Source of the DNA: Planctomycetia bacterium
GTDB lineage: Bacteria; Planctomycetota; PLA2; JAEUHO01
Reading direction: 5' to 3'
NCBI GenBank assembly: GCA_031401505.1
Contig: JANNRO010000063.1
Span: 1-46,630, forward strand
DNA length: 46,630 nt
Below the pieces are notes generated by a model that saw only the letters and a program-made list of their open reading frames with translations, was not told the origin of the DNA and ran no database searches. Below, piece after piece: positions 16,941 through 26,214 of the stretch. Each line of letters starts with the position of its first letter. Position 1 is the first letter of the stretch. Position numbers and translations under genes: made by a program.

Positions 16941-18068
16941 CTACGAGCCGCGTTCCACGACGCGACGATAGATGGCCTCGTACTGCGGCACGATCAGCGC
17001 GATCGAGAACCGGCGCTCGGCCGCGGCGCGGGCAGCGCGGGCCATCGCGTCGAGGCGGTCGGGATCGCCGAGCAGCGCGATCGCCTCGCGGGCGAGCGCC
17101 GCGTCGTCGAGCGGGGGGGCGAGGATGCCGTCGACCCCCGGGACGACGACCTCCGGAAGTCCGCCCGAGGCGAAGGCGAGGGGTACGGCCCCGCACGCCA
17201 TGCCTTCGAGCGCCGCGAGTCCGAACGACTCGAACTCGCTCGGGAGCAGGACGAGGTCGGCGAGCGGAAGGAGATCTTCGACCTCGGCTCGCGCGCCGAG
17301 AAAGCGCACCCGGTCGCGCACGCCGAGCGCGCGCGCCCGCTCTTCACACACCGCCCGGTCGGGGCCGTCACCGACCATCAGCATCACGGACGGACGCTCT
17401 TTCGCGATGCGCGCGAAGATCTCGACGGCCGCGACCGATCGCTTGACGGGGCGATAGTTGGACACGTGGACGAAGAGCGCGTCGGTCGCGAGCGCGTACC
17501 CGCGCCGTCTCGACGCGTCGCGCACCGGACGGAAGCGCTCGAGATCGACGAAATTGGGGACCACGTCGATCGGCTGCGTCGGTCCGAAGACCCGGTCGGT
17601 CTCCGTCCGAAGCCAATGCGACACCGCGGTCACGGCGTCCGACGTGCGCAGCGCGAAACACGTCATCGGAAAGTACGAACGGTCCTGACCGACGACGGTG
17701 ATGTCGGTGCCGTGGAGGGTCGTGACGACCGGCAGACGGCGGGGCTTGACGACGTCGCGGGCGAGAATGGCGGCCAGTGCATGGGGAATCGCGTAGTGCG
17801 CGTGGACGACGTCAAGGCCCTCTTCCGTCGCCACCTCGGTCAGGCGCGACGCCAGCGCCAACTCGTAGGGCGGATAACGGAACAACGGATAGGTGGACAC
17901 CTCCACCTCGTGAAAGCGCACGCGGTCGTCGCCCGCGCGCAAGCGCAGCGGGATCGCGTACGAGAGCACGTGCACCTCGTGGCCGCGGTCGGCGAGCGCG
18001 AGCCCGAGTTCGACGGCCACGACGCCCGAGCCACCCGGCGTCGGATGACAGACGATGCCGATCTTCAC
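16941..18068 (-). CDS. bshA: N-acetyl-alpha-D-glucosaminyl L-malate synthase (bacillithiol glycosyltransferase, GT4)
   Basis: Close block-wise match to B. subtilis BshA: KIGIVCHPTPGGSGVVAVELG, FHEVEVSTYPLFRYPPYELALASR, HAHYAIPHA, TTLHGTDITVVG and ESFGLAALEGMACG. GTG 18068 overlaps the bshB stop (GTGA). Confidence 0.9.
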   Translation of the reverse strand: MKIGIVCHPTPGGSGVVAVELGLALADRGHEVHVLSYAIPLRLRAGDDRVRFHEVEVSTYPLFRYPPYELALASRLTEVATEEGLDVVHAHYAIPHALAAILARDVVKPRRLPVVTTLHGTDITVVGQDRSYFPMTCFALRTSDAVTAVSHWLRTETDRVFGPTQPIDVVPNFVDLERFRPVRDASRRRGYALATDALFVHVSNYRPVKRSVAAVEIFARIAKERPSVMLMVGDGPDRAVCEERARALGVRDRVRFLGARAEVEDLLPLADLVLLPSEFESFGLAALEGMACGAVPLAFASGGLPEVVVPGVDGILAPPLDDAALAREAIALLGDPDRLDAMARAARAAAERRFSIALIVPQYEAIYRRVVERGS

Positions 18069-18844
18069 CGGACGAGCCCGTCGGGCGCGGAGAGGACGGC
18101 CAGCGGATCGGCGACCGAGAGCACGCGCTCGCAGAGGAACGGCTCGCCGTAGCGCGCGCCGATCCGCGAACCCCAGTACGCGTGCCGCGACTCGTAGGCG
18201 CGATGGAACTCGGGACGGGTCAGATTGGTCAGAGGGCCCTTCCTGCCGTCGAGCCCGAGCTGGGTCGCATAGCAGGACACGAGCGCGAGCTTCTCGGTCC
18301 ATACGTCGGACACGTCCACCACGAACGACGGCTCGGGCTCCTGATGCCCGTAGTAGTGGATCAGCGCGTCGGGGCGGTGCGACGGAAGTCCGCCACCCTC
18401 GGCCTTCCCGATCGTCGCGAGGTAATACGCCCGCTTCAACAACTGCGCCGCCGCGACGTGGTCGGGGTGAAGGTCGATCGGACACGGGCCCACGACGAGA
18501 CGCGGGCGCCAGCGACGGATCGCGGCCGTGACCGGCACCGTCATCGCCACCGTCACTTCGAGCCCCGCGTCGGGGAGGTCCAGGTTCTCGCGGGCGGCGA
18601 GCCCCATCTGTTCGCTCGCGGCCGCGGTCTCCGTCGCGCGCGAAGCGGGCGTGCCACGCGAACCCGCCTCGCCGCGGGTGAAGTCGACGACCACGCAGCG
18701 ATACCCCTTCTTCCTCATCGCGAGCATGAACCCGCCGGCACAGAACTCGACGTCGTCGGGATGGGGACCGAAGGCCAGAACGTCGGCGCGCTCGGGCAGC
18801 GACGAAACGGCGGGTCGGGGTTTGGGCGTCATGGGGGAGGTCAC
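18065..18844 (-). CDS. bshB: PIG-L family deacetylase (bacillithiol biosynthesis deacetylase BshB1-like)
   Basis: It has the AFGPHPDDVEFCAGG motif and HPDH. It lies between bshC and bshA. Confidence 0.8.
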   Translation of the reverse strand: MTSPMTPKPRPAVSSLPERADVLAFGPHPDDVEFCAGGFMLAMRKKGYRCVVVDFTRGEAGSRGTPASRATETAAASEQMGLAARENLDLPDAGLEVTVAMTVPVTAAIRRWRPRLVVGPCPIDLHPDHVAAAQLLKRAYYLATIGKAEGGGLPSHRPDALIHYYGHQEPEPSFVVDVSDVWTEKLALVSCYATQLGLDGRKGPLTNLTRPEFHRAYESRHAYWGSRIGARYGEPFLCERVLSVADPLAVLSAPDGLVR

Positions 18845-18884
18845 CGGCCCGAGAGGATACGGGGACGAACGGGCGGCCGAGTGG

Positions 18885-20366
18885 TCAGGCGAGCCGTACG
18901 GTCTGCGGAGGCCCCGTCGGGTCGAGCGAGGCGAGCCCCTCGCGCAGGGCGGTCACGCCGTGTCTCGCGATCAGCGAGATCGGCGAGAGCACCCGCTCCT
19001 GCGGCTCACCCAGCGGACGCAGTGCGTTCACCAATCGTTCGTACCGGGCCCTGCCGCGCCCGAGCAGGGTCTCGCGCTCGTCGCGACGGCGTGCCTTGGC
19101 CTTCTCGATGCCGCCCCGGACTGCATCGAGGTCGCGCGCGACGGCCGAGGGGCCGCCGTCGGACCCGCGCTCGGCGGCCGACCGCTCGCGCAACTCGGTC
19201 GTTCGCGCAAGAAGGTCGTCGAGCGCGTCCGAAATCGCGTCGGGGCCCGCGTCCGACGCCGGGGCGCGCGTGCGACCCTCGGCCACGTCGGTCGCGTCGA
19301 ATCCGAATGCGGCGAGGCTCTCGGCCGACTTTCCGTCGAGCCATAGCGCCGAAGCGCGGGGTACGAGCACGGGGAACGGACGATCGATCGCACGCGCGCC
19401 GGCGCCGACCTGCGCCAGATACGCGAGTTCCGTCGGCCCGGCCACGATCTCGACGACCGGCAGGAGCGCGTTCTGGACGAAGACGCGCCCGACCACGTCG
19501 CCGCTGGCGAGTTCGGGATTCGCACGCACGTGATCGGCCAGCGAGCGGCGATCGTCGGTCGGACCACGGCCCCGCACGCGAACCGACTCGCCGACGACGG
19601 ACACGCGCTCGCGCGCTTCGCCGCGGGCCGTGCGCAGGAAGAGCGGCGCCGTGCCCGGTCGGCGTTCGAGCGGCGCCACCTCGCCGCGCGCACGACTCGC
19701 GGCGCCCGCGGCGCGCACGCCCGCCTCGATCGCCTCCGCGCGCTCGACCAACGTCGCGTAGACGTCGCCGGCGAACGGCGACAATTGGTAGGGTTCGACG
19801 AAGACGAGCCCGCTGTCTCCGAGCAGTCGCGACAATACCGTCGCGAACCAGCGGCCGAGATCGGCGTCGGTCGCGGGTCGGGAGAGCTCCAGCGCCTCGA
19901 CCCCCCGTTCGGTCGCCGGCAACGCGGCCTTCAATTCGTCGAGCACGCGCGCGATCGACGCCCCGTCGAGCGACACGTCGGCGACGCTGCGCCGATCGGG
20001 CACGAGCCCGAGCGAAAGGGCGCGCGGCACGCCGGTCGCGTCGAGCACCACCGCGCGGTCGACCTCGGCGACGTCGTGATCCTCGGACGCGATCCAGAAG
20101 ACGGGGACGACCGGGCGCCCGGTCGCGGTCGACAGCGCGCGTGCCCGCGCGATCGCGCTGGCGGCCTTGTGGAGCGAGAGCAGCGGTCCTCCGAGCAGTC
20201 CCGGTTGTTGTCCCGTCGCGACCGCGAGCGTGGCGGCTTGCGAGAGGAGCGAAACGTTGCCCTCGGCCCGCGCACCCGCGCCGACGCGACGCTGGTAGGC
20301 CTCGAGCGTCGCGACCGCGGCGGCCGGCAGCCGACCGCCCGGCGCACTCGCGGCCGCGGAGATCAC
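18885..20366 (-). CDS. bshC: bacillithiol biosynthesis cysteine-adding enzyme BshC
   Basis: It has the TGQQPGLLGGPL and VFWIASEDHD signature blocks. I placed the start at GTG 20366, which overlaps the methyltransferase stop as GTGA. This gives a shorter N-terminus than B. subtilis BshC, so the start is uncertain. Confidence 0.8.
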   Translation of the reverse strand: MISAAASAPGGRLPAAAVATLEAYQRRVGAGARAEGNVSLLSQAATLAVATGQQPGLLGGPLLSLHKAASAIARARALSTATGRPVVPVFWIASEDHDVAEVDRAVVLDATGVPRALSLGLVPDRRSVADVSLDGASIARVLDELKAALPATERGVEALELSRPATDADLGRWFATVLSRLLGDSGLVFVEPYQLSPFAGDVYATLVERAEAIEAGVRAAGAASRARGEVAPLERRPGTAPLFLRTARGEARERVSVVGESVRVRGRGPTDDRRSLADHVRANPELASGDVVGRVFVQNALLPVVEIVAGPTELAYLAQVGAGARAIDRPFPVLVPRASALWLDGKSAESLAAFGFDATDVAEGRTRAPASDAGPDAISDALDDLLARTTELRERSAAERGSDGGPSAVARDLDAVRGGIEKAKARRRDERETLLGRGRARYERLVNALRPLGEPQERVLSPISLIARHGVTALREGLASLDPTGPPQTVRLA

Positions 20367-21163
20367 CGCGATCGCGCCGTCTTCGCACGCCGCGCGACCC
20401 GGATCAGACGTGGCGAGTCGGGCCCGAACAACGAGCCGTCGAAATCGCCGTGGCGTGGTCCGGAAGGCTCGAGGCCGGCGGCAAAGAGCGTCGCGTCGAG
20501 CTCGTCGGCGCCATAGAGCCGCACGCGCTCCTCGACGTCGTGGAGCACGGCACCCGTGCGATCGTCGGTGATCGCGACGCGCTTTCGGACGTAGGGGCCG
20601 CCCGGTGAGGCGTCGTCGATGCGTCGGGTCGAGCGGATCGTGCGGGACCCCTGCTTCGTCTCGCTCGCGGCGACCAGCGTTCGGCGCAGACGCGCGGCGT
20701 TGGCGACGTCGATCAGGTAGCGTCCGCCGGGAACCAACGCGCGCGCGACGCCCTCGAGCACTTTCGCGTCGTCGCTGGGCTCGTCGAAGTAGCCGAAGGA
20801 CGTGAACAGCGAGACGACGCCGTCGAACTGCGCGAAGAACGGCAGCGAGCGCATGTCGCCTCGGACGTAGGTCGGCATGCCGGGCAGCGCGGGCGACCGA
20901 TGGTAGGCCGCGTCGAGGAGCTCTTCGGAGAAGTCGAAGCCCGTCACGCGGTAGCCGGCCGACGACAATGCGCGGGAGTAGCGCCCCTCGCCGCAGGCCA
21001 GATCGAGAAGGCGCGCGTGAGGCGGCAGCGCGAGCGCGGACATGAGGAACGGCACGTGGGCGCGCGCCTCGGCATCGTCGCGGTGGCCGTAGACCGCGAC
21101 GTACTCCGACCCGAAGGCCCGGACCCACCAGGGCGCGCTACTGACGGACGGTGACGACGGCAT
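20363..21163 (-). CDS. class I SAM-dependent methyltransferase
   Basis: It has the LLDLACGEGRYS (motif I) and VSLFTSFGYF blocks. ATG 21163 overlaps the pyrF 3' end by 26 nt. The stop overlaps the bshC start. Confidence 0.8.
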   Translation of the reverse strand: MPSSPSVSSAPWWVRAFGSEYVAVYGHRDDAEARAHVPFLMSALALPPHARLLDLACGEGRYSRALSSAGYRVTGFDFSEELLDAAYHRSPALPGMPTYVRGDMRSLPFFAQFDGVVSLFTSFGYFDEPSDDAKVLEGVARALVPGGRYLIDVANAARLRRTLVAASETKQGSRTIRSTRRIDDASPGGPYVRKRVAITDDRTGAVLHDVEERVRLYGADELDATLFAAGLEPSGPRHGDFDGSLFGPDSPRLIRVARRAKTARSR

Positions 21164-22022
21164 GAAGCTCCTCTTTCGCGGCACGGGCGGCGGAACCGAC
21201 GGCATCACGCCACGAGGCGTCCTTCGACGCGAGCGACGGAAACGTGATGCTGCGTGACGCGTTGACGACGACCCCGCGCCCGTCGGACCGGAATGCGGCC
21301 GAGACGTCCTTCGCGGTCGCGCCCTGCGCGCCGTAGCCCGGCACGAGGAACGGCGTGTCCGGCAGCAACTCGCGCAAGCGACGGCTCTCGGCGGGCCAGG
21401 TCGCACCGACGACGGCTCCGACCGACGAGAGCCCTCCTCGACCCCGATGCGACGCGCCCCACGCACGCACGAGCCCCGCCATCCGTTCGAAGACGGGACC
21501 CGCGTCCGTCGCGAGGTCTTGCAGGTCCTTCGCGCCCGGGTTGCTCGTACGCACCAGCACGAAGAGCCCTTTGCCCGACTTCGCCGCGGCATCGACCAGC
21601 GGCTTCGCCGAGTCGCCGCCCATGTAGCCGTGGACCGTGATCGCGTCCGCCTCGAAGTCGGCGCCGGGCACGAGGTGCGCCTCGGCGTACGCTTCGGCGG
21701 TGGCGCCCAGATCGCCGCGCTTGACGTCGCCGATGGTCAGGAGGCCGCGGGCCCGTGCGCCCGCGAGGATGGCCTTGTAGGCCGAGAGTCCCGCGAGCCC
21801 GAACGCTTCGAAGAACGCGATGTTGGGCTTGACGCACGCGGCATGGGGCGCCACGAGATCCAGAATCTCGAGGCCGAAGCGCTCGAGCGCGTTCGCCGCG
21901 TCGCCGTTGGCGGCCGCGCGCACGTCGGCGGGGATCTTGTCGAGCCGGGGGTCGATGCCCACGCACAGCACGCTCTGCTTCGCGCGGATGGCGGCATCGA
22001 GTCGATCGGGGAAGGCGTCCAT
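21138..22022 (-). CDS. pyrF: orotidine 5'-phosphate decarboxylase (type 2)
   Basis: Matching blocks are SVLCVGIDP, CVKPNIAFFE, IGDVKRGD and PGYGAQG. Confidence 0.9.
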   Translation of the reverse strand: MDAFPDRLDAAIRAKQSVLCVGIDPRLDKIPADVRAAANGDAANALERFGLEILDLVAPHAACVKPNIAFFEAFGLAGLSAYKAILAGARARGLLTIGDVKRGDLGATAEAYAEAHLVPGADFEADAITVHGYMGGDSAKPLVDAAAKSGKGLFVLVRTSNPGAKDLQDLATDAGPVFERMAGLVRAWGASHRGRGGLSSVGAVVGATWPAESRRLRELLPDTPFLVPGYGAQGATAKDVSAAFRSDGRGVVVNASRSITFPSLASKDASWRDAVGSAARAAKEELHAVVTVRQ

Positions 22023-22031
22023 GGGCTGCGA

Positions 22032-22075
22032 ATTCTAAGCAGGTCCGGGTAAGTCCCTGCACCCTGCCCGCGCTC
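22032..22075 (-). promoter_or_regulatory. conserved 44-nt upstream element, copy A (ends in TAGAAT)
   Basis: The minus strand reads GAGCGCGGGCAGGGTGCAGGGACTTACCCGGACCTGCTTAGAAT. It ends 9 nt before the pyrF ATG (22022). It lies in the 76-nt gap after the trpG/pabA-like stop. Confidence 0.5.
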
Positions 22076-22098
22076 GGGGCGTTCCGGATACCGGCCTG

Positions 22099-22788
22099 CT
22101 AGCGAACGACGTCGGAGGCGGGGCGAGGGCGAAGGCCGCACCGGCGAAGGAACGCCGCGAGGATGTGCGGGCCCAGAGGCGTCAGGAACGACTCGGGGTG
22201 AAACTGCACGCCTTCGACCGGACGCTCGCGATGGCGCAGGGCCATCAACTCTCCGTCGTCGGACCACGCCGTCGCCTCGAGCACGTCGGGCAGCGAGCGG
22301 CGCTCGACGACGAGGCTGTGGTAGCGCGCCGCGAGAAACGGCGACGGCAGCCCCTCGAGGAGCCCCCGGCCCTCGTGCCGCACGGGAAGCGCCCGCCCGT
22401 GGACCGGCGACCTCGCACGCACGACGCGACCTCCGAACGCCTCGCCGATCGCCTGGTGGCCCAGGCACACGCCGAAGATGGGGAGGGTGCGGGGCGCACG
22501 ACGAATCAATGCGAGACAAATGCCGGCCTTCGACGGCGCGTGCGGACCCGGGGACAGCACGACGCCCCGGGGCCGCCATCGCAGGATCGCCGTGACCGAC
22601 GCACGATCGTTGCGCACGATCACCACGTCGGCGCCCAGCTGCGCCAGTCCGTCGGCCAGATTCCGCGTGAACGAGTCGTAATTGTCGACGAGCACGATGC
22701 CGCGCAACGGCCTTCGAGAAACGGGAAGGCCGTCCTCGATCGTCCCCGGGCGGGGTCGGCGCGTCGGGGTCGGTCGCACGGATCGCAT
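22099..22788 (-). CDS. anthranilate/aminodeoxychorismate synthase component II (class I glutamine amidotransferase, TrpG/PabA)
   Basis: Matching blocks are VLVDNYDSFT, GVCLGHQAI (catalytic Cys) and GVQFHPES. The start is ATG 22788 or TTG 22707. Confidence 0.85.
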   Translation of the reverse strand: MRSVRPTPTRRPRPGTIEDGLPVSRRPLRGIVLVDNYDSFTRNLADGLAQLGADVVIVRNDRASVTAILRWRPRGVVLSPGPHAPSKAGICLALIRRAPRTLPIFGVCLGHQAIGEAFGGRVVRARSPVHGRALPVRHEGRGLLEGLPSPFLAARYHSLVVERRSLPDVLEATAWSDDGELMALRHRERPVEGVQFHPESFLTPLGPHILAAFLRRCGLRPRPASDVVR

Positions 22789-22850
22789 CGCGACGAGGCA
22801 GCGTATCTTCGGCGAACCGGTTCTCGCAACGGGACCCGAGATCGAACACC

Positions 22851-23999
22851 GTGCCCGGCCGCGTCTACCTCGACCACAACGCCTCGTGCCCGCTCGACCC
22901 CGACGTCGAGGCGGCGATGGCCCGGGCGGCACGCGATGCGTCCGCGAATCCGTCCTCGCTCCACCTGGAGGGTCGGCGCGCACGAACCCTGCTCGACGAC
23001 GCACGTGACCGGGTGGCGAACGTCCTCGGATCCAAGCCCCGCGAGATCGTCTTTACGAGCGGAGGGACGGAAGCCCTGGGACTCGGATTGAAGGGCGTGG
23101 CCCTCTCGAGAAGGGCCAAGGGCCGGAGCCTCGTCCTGTCGGCCGTCGAGCATCCGGCCGTCCTCGACGAAGCGCTCGTGCTCGAGCGTCAGGGGTTCTC
23201 GGTTCATCGCGTGCCCCCGGCACCCGACGGCACGATTTCGGCGGTGCGCGTCGACGAAGCCGCGGGGCCGGGCACGATCCTCGTCGCGATGATGGGTGCC
23301 AATCACGAGACCGGAGCGATCTTGCCGGTCGCCGAGGTCGGCCGGCTGATACGCCCGCGGGGCATCGCGCTGCTTTGCGATGCAGCCCTCGTTCCCGGAT
23401 GGGGAGACTTGAAGCGACTCGTCGCCGAGGTCGATCTCCTCGCCCTCTCGGCACACAAGTTCGGCGGCCCCAAGGGGATCGGCGCGCTCTTCGTGCGACG
23501 CGGGGTACGCCTCGAACCGACGCAGCACGGCGGCCCGCAGGAAGATCAACTGCGGGGCGGCACGGAGAACGTCCTCGGCGCCGTCGGACTCGCCCTCGCC
23601 CTCGAAATGGCCGAGCGAAATCGCGACACGCGTTCGATCGCCGTCGCGTCGCGATCGAGCCGACTGCTCGGATCGCTCGAGGCGGTCCCCGGTGTGGCCC
23701 TCGTCGGTCCGCGCGAAGGGCGTCTTCCCTCCACCGTGACGGTCGAGGTCGATGGCTGTGAGGGCGAGGCGCTCCTGATCCATCTCGATCTCGCGGGCGT
23801 CGCGGTGTCGACGGGCAGCGCGTGCGCCATCGGAGCCGCGCAGCCGAGCCCCGTGCTGCTCGCGATGGGTTTCTCGAGGCGACGCGCCGCGTCCACGATT
23901 CGCTTCTCGCTCGGACACGCCACGACCGACGACGACGTCGAGCGTGCGGCTGCGATCTTCGCGACGGCGTGTGCGAGGCTCCGCGCGCTTGCCCGGTGA
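22851..23999 (+). CDS. cysteine desulfurase (class V aminotransferase, IscS/NifS-like)
   Basis: Matching blocks are YLDHNAS, FTSGGTEA, SAHKFGGPKG (PLP Lys) and STGSACA (active Cys). GTG start. Confidence 0.9.
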   Translation: MPGRVYLDHNASCPLDPDVEAAMARAARDASANPSSLHLEGRRARTLLDDARDRVANVLGSKPREIVFTSGGTEALGLGLKGVALSRRAKGRSLVLSAVEHPAVLDEALVLERQGFSVHRVPPAPDGTISAVRVDEAAGPGTILVAMMGANHETGAILPVAEVGRLIRPRGIALLCDAALVPGWGDLKRLVAEVDLLALSAHKFGGPKGIGALFVRRGVRLEPTQHGGPQEDQLRGGTENVLGAVGLALALEMAERNRDTRSIAVASRSSRLLGSLEAVPGVALVGPREGRLPSTVTVEVDGCEGEALLIHLDLAGVAVSTGSACAIGAAQPSPVLLAMGFSRRRAASTIRFSLGHATTDDDVERAAAIFATACARLRALAR

Positions 24000-24149
24000 C
24001 GAGTCGGAGTACGAGCGCGTGCGTCCGTCGAACATGGCGCGTTACTGAACACCGAGTTCGACGGGCTTTTCTTCGCGGGGCATGCGACGCACGTTGACGA
24101 ACGCTTTGCGCACCCGTAGGGTTCGCGCCCCAACGGTCCCGGACCGCTC

Positions 24150-25616
24150 ATGCCTTCGAAGATCGACGCCCCGACCGACCTGTTCCCTCGCCTTCTGGAC
24201 GGGATCCGTCGGCGCATCTCCTCGCATCAGTTCGACACGTGGTTCGGCCGTGTCGCGCTTTCGAGCGTGTCCGACGGCGAGCTCGTCATCGCGGTTCCGA
24301 ACGCCTTCCACCAGGAGTGGATGGGAAAAGAGTTCAAGGGCGCGGTCCATCGTGCGGCGGCCGACGCGCTCGGACGCACGGTCGACGTGCGTTTCACCGT
24401 CGATCCCTCCCTGCGCGCCATCCAGCCCGTTCGGCCCCCGTCGCCATCGGAGGCGGAAGTCGCGGCGGCGTTCGTTCGCCCGGTCGGCGCTCCGGTTCCG
24501 CACGTCGGACACCCGACGCCCCACGCACCGAGGTCGTCGCCGGCGAAGCCCCTGCCGGCGCTCTCCGGCAGCGACGACCTGGCGGGGCCGTTTCCGATCG
24601 TCCTCGACCCGCGCTATACGTTCGAGAACTTCATCCTCGGGCCGTCGAATCAGATCGCGTACGCGTCGGCGCGTGCGGTCGCCGACAACCCGAGCCGCTC
24701 GACGAACCCGCTGTTCATCTACGGAAGCGTGGGGCTGGGCAAGACGCACCTGCTCCAGGCCGTGTGCCACGAGCTCCTTCGGCGCCACGCGGGCTATCGC
24801 ATCGTCTACCTTTCGTGCGAAGTGTTCACGAACCAGTTCGTGTATGCGCTCCAGTGCAACCGGCTCGACGCGTTCCGGGAGCGCTATCGCAAGGCCGACA
24901 TGCTGGTCGTGGACGACATCCACTTCCTGGCCGGCAAGGAACGCACGCAGGAAGAGTTCTTCCATACGTTCAACGCGCTCCACCAACACGGGCGTCAGGT
25001 CGTGCTCTCGAGCGACGCCCCCCCCTCCGACATCCCGACGCTCGAAGAGCGGCTCATCTCGCGGTTTCGATGGGGGCTCGTCGAGCGGCTCGAACGCCCG
25101 GAAACCGAGACCCGCATGGCGATCCTGCGGCACAAGGCCGACGCCGTGGGGTTGGCGCTCCCCAGCGACGTCGTCGAGTACATCGCGGCCAACGTGCGCG
25201 ACAACGTGCGCGAGATCGAGGGCGCGCTCGCGAGCGTGCGCACCCGATCGGAAGTCGAACGCCGACCGGTCGACCTGGCGCTCGCCCGCTCGGCGCTGGA
25301 GGCCACGCTCGCCAGAGAACGTCCGATCGTCGGCCTCGACCGCATCGTCGAGGTCGTGGGCACGCACTTCGGAGTCAAACCCGGCGACCTGAAGTCGTCC
25401 AAGCGAACCAAGAGCGTCTCGTTCCCCCGCCAGGTGGTCATGCACACGGCGAGGCGGGTCACGACGCTCTCGCTCGAAGAAATCGGCGACTATTTCGGTG
25501 GCCGCGACCACACGACGGTGCTCTATGCCGTCCAGAAAGTCGATGCCATGCTCCAGCGGGACGACGAGCTCCGATCGACGGTCAACACGCTGGTCGATCG
25601 GGTCCTCGCGCGGTAG
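24150..25616 (+). CDS. dnaA: chromosomal replication initiator DnaA
   Basis: 488 aa. It has Walker A GSVGLGKTHLL, Walker B LVVDDIHFL and the box VII/sensor region. The C-terminal DNA-binding domain is SLEEIGDYFGGRDHTTVLYA. Confidence 0.97.
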   Translation: MPSKIDAPTDLFPRLLDGIRRRISSHQFDTWFGRVALSSVSDGELVIAVPNAFHQEWMGKEFKGAVHRAAADALGRTVDVRFTVDPSLRAIQPVRPPSPSEAEVAAAFVRPVGAPVPHVGHPTPHAPRSSPAKPLPALSGSDDLAGPFPIVLDPRYTFENFILGPSNQIAYASARAVADNPSRSTNPLFIYGSVGLGKTHLLQAVCHELLRRHAGYRIVYLSCEVFTNQFVYALQCNRLDAFRERYRKADMLVVDDIHFLAGKERTQEEFFHTFNALHQHGRQVVLSSDAPPSDIPTLEERLISRFRWGLVERLERPETETRMAILRHKADAVGLALPSDVVEYIAANVRDNVREIEGALASVRTRSEVERRPVDLALARSALEATLARERPIVGLDRIVEVVGTHFGVKPGDLKSSKRTKSVSFPRQVVMHTARRVTTLSLEEIGDYFGGRDHTTVLYAVQKVDAMLQRDDELRSTVNTLVDRVLAR

Positions 25617-26214
25617 GTCACGCGAGGCGAGGCGCTTTCGGCGATTTTCGAACGTCTTCGAATCGGCGCCTTGGGCGTGTTCTCGGGATCCCCACAACCC
25701 ATGCCCGGCACAACTCACGGAATCAATTCGAGTTATGGCGTCTTTCCACATCCTCTCCACAGTTGTCGTGACATCGACTCCGGTCGCTTCGTGGGGGTCG
25801 ATCGAGGGCCCGACCACCGGATGCGGGGGGTACGAGCGTGCGTTTGTCGGGGAGAATTCGGGGGGAGTCGGCGGACGACTTTCGGGGTCTCGGCGGGATT
25901 CGAAGGGGCGTCGCTGCAGTTCGTCGAAATCTCCCGAATTCGCTCGTCCGGTGTCCCCCCTCCACCTACAATTTCCCACCTTGAAACAGAGCCGCCGGCA
26001 TCCCCCCTTGAATCGCCATAAGGCTTTGTAGAAAAAAGAGATACGACGTCTACGGAAGTTCGGTTCTCCACAAACGGACACCCCTTCTTACGACGATGAA
26101 TAAGCAGATTCTTCTTCTTCTCTCGGATTGGTGCAGATCTCCCGGATCCGTCCGTTCTTTCGGATCAATCCTGGCAATCGAACCGGTTCGGAGATCGATC
26201 CGAGGTTCTTCCTC
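25617..26214. other. candidate oriC (dnaA-dnaN spacer)
   Basis: The lowest-GC long non-coding stretch in the window. It has four same-orientation DnaA-box-like 9-mers: ATCCCCACA 25688-25696, CTTTCCACA 25742-25750, CTCTCCACA 25753-25761 and TTCTCCACA 26064-26072 (consensus TTATCCACA). AT-rich tracts lie at 26024-26043 and 26095-26125. Confidence 0.6.

Noticed and set aside
17777-20608. Very long ORFs on the strand opposite to, or in alternative frames of, well-supported genes. Examples are 17777-20608 (943 aa), 28091-30349 (752 aa), 35935-38391 (818 aa), 24042-26081 (679 aa), 6126-7841 (571 aa) and 25-897 (290 aa).
   Set aside because: Their translations are dominated by Arg/Ala/Pro/Gly runs with no recognisable motifs. 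They fully overlap genes with clear family signatures (bshC, gyrB, scpA-fmt, dnaA, ACAD, AKR). These are typical shadow ORFs in a stop-poor ~70% GC genome.
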